From NCBI GenBank assembly GCA_030586555.1, contig JAURAC010000051.1, forward strand, positions 1 through 14,166: a stretch of 14,166 nt of DNA. Direction: 5' to 3'. Both the position numbers and the translations under genes were made by a program. The notes beneath the pieces are model-generated. The model was not told the origin of the DNA. It saw nothing but the letters and a program-made list of their open reading frames with translations, and did no database searches. Position 1 is the stretch's first letter; each line of letters opens with the position of its first letter. The stretch is from Candidatus Subterrananammoxibius californiae. Its GTDB lineage: Bacteria; Planctomycetota; Brocadiia; Brocadiales; Subterrananammoxibiaceae. Below, in pieces: positions 7,341-14,166 of this stretch.

Positions 7341-8702
7341 TTTCCCCTCCTGTATAGTTTTGTCATTTTCTTTTGAAAGCATAACCATTTTGATTATTGC
7401 CGCATGATTTTTTCTTACATCTTGTTCAGCCTTTGTTCTTTTTACTGCCTGAAAGAGAAGCCAGTCTGGAAGCGGATTTCCATCAAGGGCGCATTTCAGG
7501 ACAACCCTCGGTACATTAGGATTAAGCTGGTCATAATCAGGCTTTTCTTTTTTACGTGGAACAGTGGCTGCTGAAAGGCTATAAAGCCCAAGCGGTGTAT
7601 GTGTACCTCCATTTTGCTCAACAATTCTCTGCAATGAAAAATACCGTGCAAGATTCTGCTTGGCGCTTGATACTGTTGTCTCAAGCCAGTCACGTACGGC
7701 AACGCGTGAACCGCTTGCAGAAAAGGCAGACGCATAAAACTTTGTCTCGTCAACAACCGTTGCAACTTCTTTACCCTTATATGCAGATTCAATAAGAGCC
7801 TGCACATCTGCCGGATTCGGCTTTGACAGCAACGAGGCAAAAGAAAACCCTGTATCCTTTTTCGTCCAGAAGATATAAACCAACGGGCCTACGGTAATAT
7901 GCGTATTTTCATCCTGCAGAAGCGCATTGGCGGATTTTGCGTAATCTTCCACACACGTACTGCATGTTGGCGCGATTAATGAAGCTTCAAGTCCAAAGGA
8001 CGTAAAGGCGTTTTTATTTGCCGATATGATTGCATTACCCTTGCTTTGACCATTCGGTATTGGTTTTATCTTGAAGGGATGCCGTTTTACTGGTATGCAA
8101 GTTTTTCCGCAAATATGACATTCCATTTCCGATGCAGTAATGCTACTCTCTTCGTTATCCGAATCGTCTTCTTCTTTTTCTTCTAACGTGAATTCCCAGA
8201 ATTTTTTAGCCCAGAAAGATTTTATGTCAGGACTGTCTATTAAAAGTTGTCCGTTAACACGAAAAGTAAAGTTCATATCAACAGTAAAATCATCCGGGAA
8301 CCATTTTACATCCCATTTTTTTAGATATGCGCTTATTACTTTAACAGCAGGGTTGTTAGTTTCCACAGCGCACAAATCAAGCAAATTGAGATACTCTTTA
8401 TGACATTTTTTTGCATGAGAGATACGATCGCCCTTCTTTCCTTCCTTTGCTTTGCCAAATGTGTATTCTCCATCATCAGCAAAGAGTTTTGGTCTAATAG
8501 CAGTGCTTGTGCGCTCCCTGAAAGGAGCTAATCTGACCTCCCCTCTGTCATTCTTCTTGCCAGTGCTAAAAGTGCCAACGAAATTGGGAGTGGCAGTAAA
8601 TTTTGAATTAAGGTCTATAATCCATCGGATTGGCGTTTTATCATATCCCGTAGATGGCAGCTCTTTGCGTTCAGAATATTCGACAAGCCTTTGCAAAAGC
8701 AT
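6912..8702 (-). CDS. cas8c: Type I-C Cascade large subunit Cas8c/Csd1
   Basis: Lies between cas5 and cas7; MLLQRLVEY start, CHICG...[13 protein letters not shown]...CSTC, AYLCGRL and [20 protein letters not shown]. Confidence 0.95.
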   Translation of the reverse strand: [596 protein letters not shown]

Positions 8703-9416
8703 TTACATCCCTCCTTTCTCATAAAGTTCTGCAGGCACTTTCAATATGCCATGTTCAAGGCGCGCTGAGAAGAATTTTGGAATAGCGTTGCCTCTTTTTA
8801 TGTCGTGTCCTTTAGAGTCGTGATGCTTATAGAGAATCTTGCCTTTAGGGTCTTCAGTGATTATCTGATCAAACAATATTAGTCCAAGGTCATCAGTAAG
8901 ATCAATCGCTTTATCGTTTCCGTCAGGCTCTCCGAAGAAGGCAGTAAACTCCCGGCAACCAAGATAAGGCATGTGATAACATTTGCCGGAAAAAACCCTT
9001 CTGTAGAACTGATCACAGTATGCCGCTTCATTATTTCTTGAATGGGATTTTACTTCAACGACCGCCTTGATTATATAGGCGACGTCACGCAGAGCCAATG
9101 TATGCCTCTGCGCCCTGTTGTCGCTGTCTTCTGCAAAGTAGCCTCCTCCATTTTTCATCCAGCCCTTTACGGATGATACAACTGCCTTATTGTTTACCTC
9201 ATTGCGCAGTATTGAAAAGTGCTTTATCGGATTCAGAACATGAATCTCTCGCACCCGCCATGAAATCTCCGGCTTCCAGAAAATAGCCTCCAAAACACCG
9301 CGTGCCGCTGACGGCGTCATGACAGTATAGCTTACTCTTTCAGCCTTCATCTCCGGTCTTGTAAAGCAGGCGAAGTCTCCCCAAACTTTTACTTCTAACG
9401 GCGGTCCTTTTTGCAT
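8703..9416 (-). CDS. cas5: Type I-C crRNA-processing Cas5c/Cas5d (237 aa)
   Basis: VWGDFACFTRPEMKAERVSY...TPSAARGVLEAIFWKP, LRDVAY, PYLGCREF. The start is placed at ATG 9416 after AAGGAGG. Confidence 0.97.
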   Translation of the reverse strand: MQKGPPLEVKVWGDFACFTRPEMKAERVSYTVMTPSAARGVLEAIFWKPEISWRVREIHVLNPIKHFSILRNEVNNKAVVSSVKGWMKNGGGYFAEDSDNRAQRHTLALRDVAYIIKAVVEVKSHSRNNEAAYCDQFYRRVFSGKCYHMPYLGCREFTAFFGEPDGNDKAIDLTDDLGLILFDQIITEDPKGKILYKHHDSKGHDIKRGNAIPKFFSARLEHGILKVPAELYEKGGM

Positions 9417-9440
9417 ATTTCCTCCTTTCAATTTTATAAG

Positions 9441-11606
9441 TTACACAACGAAGTCTTCCGGGTTTCTGCCGGTTGCCATCAAGCCTCTTACATTGTCATA
9501 AGCGCCGCACCATTCATAACGCCCCTCCGAAATCTCTATTACCAAACCATCAAGCTGGAATTGACGGAATTTATACTGTTTGATATTTACCAGATATGGT
9601 TGCAGTTTACGGAATGCAACAGTCGGTGGCATATACTTAATTGACGAAAGGATTTTATCCACCTCATTTTTCTCATTATCAAGCCCCTTGTATCTTACAA
9701 TAACCGATGTGCTTGCATCGTCAATCATATTAAATTTGTCGTCAACATCTTTATAATTAAAATTATTCCTTGATTCTTGAATTCTCTTGGCATCTGTATT
9801 TACAACCTGATAAAGTCTTTTAAAATAGGTTTCATAAATTTTGGGGTCATGAAAATCAAAGCCCTCAAGATTCATGAGACTGAAAGCGGTTTCAGTTCCT
9901 GTCCGGTAATCACCGGATGGAATTTTAGCATCAACAGGATTAAACACCACAACACGACCGCGTTCTCTCATTTTCCCGTTTCTGTTGCATCGTCCGGCAG
10001 CTTGAACAATCCTGTCAAACGGTCCTATCGCTCTCAGCACCAGAGGGAAATCAAGATCAACACCTGCCTCCACTACCTGAGTTGAAACAAGTCTGCACGG
10101 CTTATCCGCATCCAAAAGTTTTCTAACTTTACTAAGTACATCACGCCTGTGTGCACCGCATAATAACGTAGAGAGGTGTAATGCGGACGGGTCATCAATA
10201 GCGTTTAACAATGACATAGCATCATCCTTTGTATTTACAATTGCAAGACATTGGAATGATTGACCCATCTCTTCCGCAACACGTTGCCAATCCCATTTTT
10301 CATCTTTTATCGGCCTTTGGTAATCAACCCTTTTCATCGCGTAGAAAAGATTTGCAGGCTTTTTGACAATCTCTCTTATATTTTTAATTCCTTTTAAGTA
10401 AGGGCTGTCTTCCAATGCAGGCTGAGTTGCAGTACAAAAAACAACCGATACTCCATAATGGTCAACAAGCTGTCGTAGAACATCAAGTATCGGTGCAAGC
10501 AGCTTGGTTGGCAGGGTTTGAACCTCATCAAGAATAATGACGCTGTTAGCAATATTATGGAGCTTGCGGCACTTGCTGGTTTTATTTGACAACAGGCTTT
10601 CAAAAAGCTGTACGGTTGTGGTCACAATTATCGGCGCATCCCAGTTCTGAGCCGCAAGCCTTGCCCACGATGTGCCGTCATCGACATTATCAGATTCATC
10701 ATCATATGTTACAGCGCTGTGATGTTCAAGAACTGCTTCTTTGCCGAAAATATCACGATACACATCTGCAGTTTGTTCGATAATGCTGGTATATGGAATA
10801 GCAAAAATAACTCTGTTCATTTCATGTGTAATAGCATGTCTTATTCCAAAAGCCATACCGGAACGAGTTTTGCCGCCTCCTGTAGGCACAGTTAGCCTGA
10901 AAAATCCAAGAGGTAGTTCAGCAGCCTTTATGCAGTCTAAGTAAACATTGTTCCTAATAATATTTAATTGGTCTTTTGACTTGCCTGTAATTTTATTTTG
11001 GTCACTCTCAAACCGTTGCCAAAGCTCTGAAAGCGAAGGGAAGTTCCCTCGTTTTGCTTTATTATCAGGAGTGAAATGATCCTCGGTATCAAGAAAATCT
11101 GCATCAACAAGGGCAGAAAAAAGCATACGGATAAAAAACTCTGCATTGAATTCGTCTTTTATAAAAGACGGCTGCGTGAGTGCAGTGGAAGGAGATAGAT
11201 TAAATCCTTGATTTGTTAATTCTTGCACGATTGTTTGGATGTGTGAAGATGTGTTTTTTTCTGAAATCCAAGTTTTCAGATCAGAAAAATTCATCAAACC
11301 GCCGTGATGTCCCACTACTGGAAATGCTAAAGGCTCTATATGTTTATATGCAAGCACTGCTCCTGCTCCTTTATGGTCGGGACCACGGTGCAGCCTGTCA
11401 GGTTCGTTTATGCATCGTTGAAGGTATTCCTGAAATTCAGGATTAGCTTTTCCCAGATCATGCCACAAACCTACCCAATAGGCTAATTTCCCGGCACCAA
11501 ACTTATCGGCAAATTTTTTGGAAAGTGCGGCAACTTCTTTTAGATGGTCACTAAGCCTGTGTCTCTGACCGTGTGAATTAGCGGAGTGGGCATACAATTC
11601 TTTCAC
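9441..11606 (-). CDS. cas3: CRISPR-associated helicase/HD nuclease Cas3
   Basis: HD domain (YAHS, HDLGK, GHHGGL, LVDADFLDT) fused to an SF2 helicase (VPTGGGKT, DEVQ, TATQP, STQVVEAGVDLD, QAAGRCNRNG); GTG start after AGGGAGG. Confidence 0.98.
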   Translation of the reverse strand: MKELYAHSANSHGQRHRLSDHLKEVAALSKKFADKFGAGKLAYWVGLWHDLGKANPEFQEYLQRCINEPDRLHRGPDHKGAGAVLAYKHIEPLAFPVVGHHGGLMNFSDLKTWISEKNTSSHIQTIVQELTNQGFNLSPSTALTQPSFIKDEFNAEFFIRMLFSALVDADFLDTEDHFTPDNKAKRGNFPSLSELWQRFESDQNKITGKSKDQLNIIRNNVYLDCIKAAELPLGFFRLTVPTGGGKTRSGMAFGIRHAITHEMNRVIFAIPYTSIIEQTADVYRDIFGKEAVLEHHSAVTYDDESDNVDDGTSWARLAAQNWDAPIIVTTTVQLFESLLSNKTSKCRKLHNIANSVIILDEVQTLPTKLLAPILDVLRQLVDHYGVSVVFCTATQPALEDSPYLKGIKNIREIVKKPANLFYAMKRVDYQRPIKDEKWDWQRVAEEMGQSFQCLAIVNTKDDAMSLLNAIDDPSALHLSTLLCGAHRRDVLSKVRKLLDADKPCRLVSTQVVEAGVDLDFPLVLRAIGPFDRIVQAAGRCNRNGKMRERGRVVVFNPVDAKIPSGDYRTGTETAFSLMNLEGFDFHDPKIYETYFKRLYQVVNTDAKRIQESRNNFNYKDVDDKFNMIDDASTSVIVRYKGLDNEKNEVDKILSSIKYMPPTVAFRKLQPYLVNIKQYKFRQFQLDGLVIEISEGRYEWCGAYDNVRGLMATGRNPEDFVV

Positions 11607-11662
11607 ATGAATGCCTCCCTATTTTTGGCTGTCTGCGGGAATATGCAACCCCATTGTCTGGA

Positions 11663-11693
11663 GTTATACAACTGGAAGAAGAATTGCTGTCAA
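11663..11693 (-). promoter_or_regulatory. Candidate cas operon promoter
   Basis: TTGACA (11693-11688), 19 nt, TATAAC (11668-11663), about 55 nt upstream of the cas3 GTG; the spacing is suboptimal. Confidence 0.45.
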
Positions 11694-11732
11694 TAATAAA
11701 GAACAAGAAGTAAAAAAGCAAATTAATTTAAC

Positions 11733-11760
11733 TTGCAAGGCTTGAAATTATTGCTAAAAT
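11733..11760 (+). promoter_or_regulatory. Candidate dapF promoter
   Basis: TTGCAA (11733-11738), 16 nt, extended -10 TGcTAAAAT (11752-11760), with an A-rich upstream tract. Confidence 0.5.
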
Positions 11761-11781
11761 CAAGAAACTGTTAAAGATAAA

Positions 11782-12026
11782 CCACAGAGTATACAGCGTG
11801 GCGGATTCACAACCAAAGAAATAGCACACAGATTACGCAGATTAAACAGATTCTGAATCTCTGCTAAAAAAGCAGGGTTTTGTAAATTTGTATACAGGAA
11901 TTTCAAACTTGCCCACGAAAAGACGCGAAAATGGCGAAATGTATTTTTCGGGTCTTTTGGAGTTTTCTGGGGGAAATATGTTGTTGCAGAAGGCGACCTG
12001 ATTCAATTACTCTGCGTTCTCGGTGG
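11782..12026. repeat. Nested short-period (9-10 nt) repeat/inverted-repeat cluster
   Basis: An outer inverted pair (11782-11799 / 12009-12026) encloses ACACAGATT-ACGCAGATT-AAACAGATT (11826-11852) and three CGAAA-ending units (11912-11939) followed by a degenerate inverted copy (~11945-11975). Confidence 0.65.
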
Positions 12027-12065
12027 CGAACTATTACTATTTCAGAAAGGGACAGGAAATAGTTT

Positions 12066-12899
12066 ATGAAATTTACAAAGATGCACGGCATCGGCAATGA
12101 CTATGTCTATGTCAATTGTTTTGAAGAAGAAATTAAAGAACCTGCAAAGATAGCCACAATCATTAGCGACAGACATTTTGGCGTGGGGTCTGATGGGCTT
12201 ATCCTTATCATGCCGTCAAAGGCGGCTGATTGCAAGATGCGTATTTTCAATGCGGACGGCAGCGAGGCGCAGATGTGCGGAAATGGTATCCGCTGTGTTG
12301 CAAAATATGTGTACGACCACAAAATCACCCAAAAGAATCCTCTCACCATAGAAACCCCGTCGGGTATTAAAACAATCCAGCTTTTTACAATGAATGGAAA
12401 AGTGTCCAGTGCAAGAGTAAACATGGGAAAGCCCGGACTCATGCGATCAGAAATTCCCATGCTCGGCAAGGAAATTCAGGTTATTAACGAACCATTGACA
12501 ATCAGCAAGGAAGTAAGCTTTTACATCACGTGTGTTTCTATGGGGAATCCCCATTGTGTTATCTTTATTGATGATTTTGATAAAGTAGATATATCAAAAC
12601 ATGGCGCAGAGATAGAGCGTCATAATTCATTCCCGGAACGGACAAATGTTCATTTTGTCAAGGTACATAGTCCTAAAGAGGTTACTATGAAGACGTGGGA
12701 ACGCGGTTCGGGGATAACTCTGGCTTGCGGGACGGGTGCATCTGCTGTATGTGTTGCAGGCGTCCTCAACAAAAAGACCGAACGTAAAATACTCGCCCAT
12801 CTGCCAGGAGGTGACTTGGAACTGGAATGGGCAGAAGACGGAAATGTTTACATGACTGGTCTTGCAGCGGAGGTATTTACAGGAGAGTGGATATTATAA
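12066..12899 (+). CDS. dapF: Diaminopimelate epimerase
   Basis: MKFTKMHGIGNDY, DRHFGVGSDG, NADGSEAQMCGNGIRC, SMGNPHCV, WERGSGITLACGTGA (both catalytic Cys). Confidence 0.98.
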   Translation: MKFTKMHGIGNDYVYVNCFEEEIKEPAKIATIISDRHFGVGSDGLILIMPSKAADCKMRIFNADGSEAQMCGNGIRCVAKYVYDHKITQKNPLTIETPSGIKTIQLFTMNGKVSSARVNMGKPGLMRSEIPMLGKEIQVINEPLTISKEVSFYITCVSMGNPHCVIFIDDFDKVDISKHGAEIERHNSFPERTNVHFVKVHSPKEVTMKTWERGSGITLACGTGASAVCVAGVLNKKTERKILAHLPGGDLELEWAEDGNVYMTGLAAEVFTGEWIL

Positions 12900-12904
12900 A
12901 GTAA

Positions 12905-13801
12905 ATGCAAAAGCAAAAGATCAAAATGCAAAATGGAAAGTTAAATTTTAAGAAAATGATGAGGTTATACATAATCGTTAGTATCCTGTCATTCCAGATT
13001 CTAGCATCTGGTTGTGCTACATATAAAACGCAGGTAACGCAGAAACTATCGTGGGAAGATACATCCAGTCTCTTGAGAAACGTACAAGGGGATGTAAAAA
13101 ATCTCTCGCGACAACAAATTACAGAAAATTTAATTTTGAATAGTTCAAAAATTGCCACACTCCGCGCAAACATAGATATCACTCTTACCACTCCTGATGC
13201 AAAAGCACCTCTCCGTTGTAATGGATTGATTTTATATCAGAATCCAAATCATTTACGTGCAATGGGTTCAAAGTTAGCCACGACATTATTTGATATATAT
13301 TCTGACGAGAGAAAATTTTATTTGTATATTCCTATTGAAAATAAGGTTTATACTGGGTCCAGCAATGCCTTTCATAAAATAGAAGTACTTGGTATAAATA
13401 TTTTTCCAGGAGATATGGCGTATCTGTTCAATCATAGAGAGATTTTAGAAGGGTATAATCCAGTAATTGAGACATGGCCTTTCTATTGGTTACTGCATTT
13501 AATGGAAGCAAAGGAGACGAATATCAATCTCAAAGGTAATTTGTTAATTGACAGGATTAATGCAGATGTATTTCGATGCGAATTGTTTGAACCAGATGGC
13601 GCTGTACGTTTGCAAATATTGTTTACTAATTATGTTTCTATGGCGGGGGGTAGAGTACCGCAAAGGATTGACGTCCGTTGGCCTAAATATGATACGACTC
13701 TGAATATAATATTTTCTGATGTTATTTTAAATAAAAAGTTAGATCCAAAAGTGTTCTCGTTTGCAAAGTCTGAAGGCGCGGAAGTAATAACTCTGGATTA
13801 A
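12905..13801 (+). CDS. Putative lipoprotein with LolA/LolB-like (DUF4292-like) fold
   Basis: A hydrophobic h-region precedes lipobox LASG-C, and the C-terminus PQRIDV...VILNKKLDPKVFSF...EGAEVITLD resembles LolA-fold proteins. The true start may be 12926 or 12956. Confidence 0.6.
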   Translation: MQKQKIKMQNGKLNFKKMMRLYIIVSILSFQILASGCATYKTQVTQKLSWEDTSSLLRNVQGDVKNLSRQQITENLILNSSKIATLRANIDITLTTPDAKAPLRCNGLILYQNPNHLRAMGSKLATTLFDIYSDERKFYLYIPIENKVYTGSSNAFHKIEVLGINIFPGDMAYLFNHREILEGYNPVIETWPFYWLLHLMEAKETNINLKGNLLIDRINADVFRCELFEPDGAVRLQILFTNYVSMAGGRVPQRIDVRWPKYDTTLNIIFSDVILNKKLDPKVFSFAKSEGAEVITLD

Positions 13802-14166
13802 ATGCCTCCTCCGTTTTCAGCATCCATAATTTTCTCTACACGACGCGCATGTCTTCCACCTTCAAATGGAGTTTCAAGCCATAGCTTGACTTTTTGCTCA
13901 AGAATCTCTTCATTAACTATGTCAGCTCCAATACACAATATATTAGAATCATTATGTCTCCGGCTCATTTCTACTGTATAAAGATTATGGCATACTGCTG
14001 CACGAACACCCTTGACCTTGTTGGCTACGAGAGACATGCCAATTCCGGTACCGCAGATCAGAATTCCTCTATCGGATTCCCCTGATCCTACAGATCGGGC
14101 TGCTTTCAATCCGTAATCAGGATAATCTACCGATTCAGTACCTGTTGTCGTGCCAAAATCCTCAAT
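13798..14166 (-). CDS. rpiB: Ribose 5-phosphate isomerase B, 5'-truncated by window edge
   Basis: The frame is open to the window end: IEDFG...SVDYPDYG, GILICGTGIGMSLVANKVKGVRAA, SRRHNDSNILCIG, FEGGRHARRV. Its stop overlaps the convergent lipoprotein stop (TTAA 13798-13801). Confidence 0.96.
   Translation of the reverse strand: MEDFGTTTGTESVDYPDYGLKAARSVGSGESDRGILICGTGIGMSLVANKVKGVRAAVCHNLYTVEMSRRHNDSNILCIGADIVNEEILEQKVKLWLETPFEGGRHARRVEKIMDAENGGGI

Noticed and set aside
11761..12065. Lysine riboswitch upstream of dapF
   Set aside because: I could not find the conserved L-box architecture, and the structure is better explained by short repeats; an Rfam scan would settle it.
11903..13191. 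Minus-strand ORFs of 64, 120 and 104 aa
   Set aside because: Shadow ORFs antisense to dapF or the lipoprotein gene, or running through the repeat cluster.

Overview
The window holds a complete type I-C CRISPR-Cas locus on the minus strand (cas3-cas5c-cas8c[+internal cas11c]-cas7-[four-helix-bundle gene]-cas4-[antisense yefM-yoeB]-cas1-cas2-leader-array of 21 repeats/20 spacers). It lies between a 5'-truncated polyprenyl-phosphate sugar transferase gene and a housekeeping block (dapF, a LolA/DUF4292-like lipoprotein, 5'-truncated rpiB). The locus looks mosaic. The array ends in an intact 37-nt repeat of a different family at correct spacer distance. A YefM-YoeB toxin-antitoxin cassette with its TGTACA operator sits antisense between cas4 and cas1. 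An Avd/23S-IVP-like four-helix-bundle gene lies between cas7 and cas4, and its 9-mer repeat supplies the cas4 start codon. A REP-like inverted pair separates cas1 and cas2. One spacer is a REP-like palindrome and another mimics the array's own repeat. Nested 9-mer repeat elements fill the cas3-dapF intergenic region. All family assignments are by motif recognition; no database searches were run.
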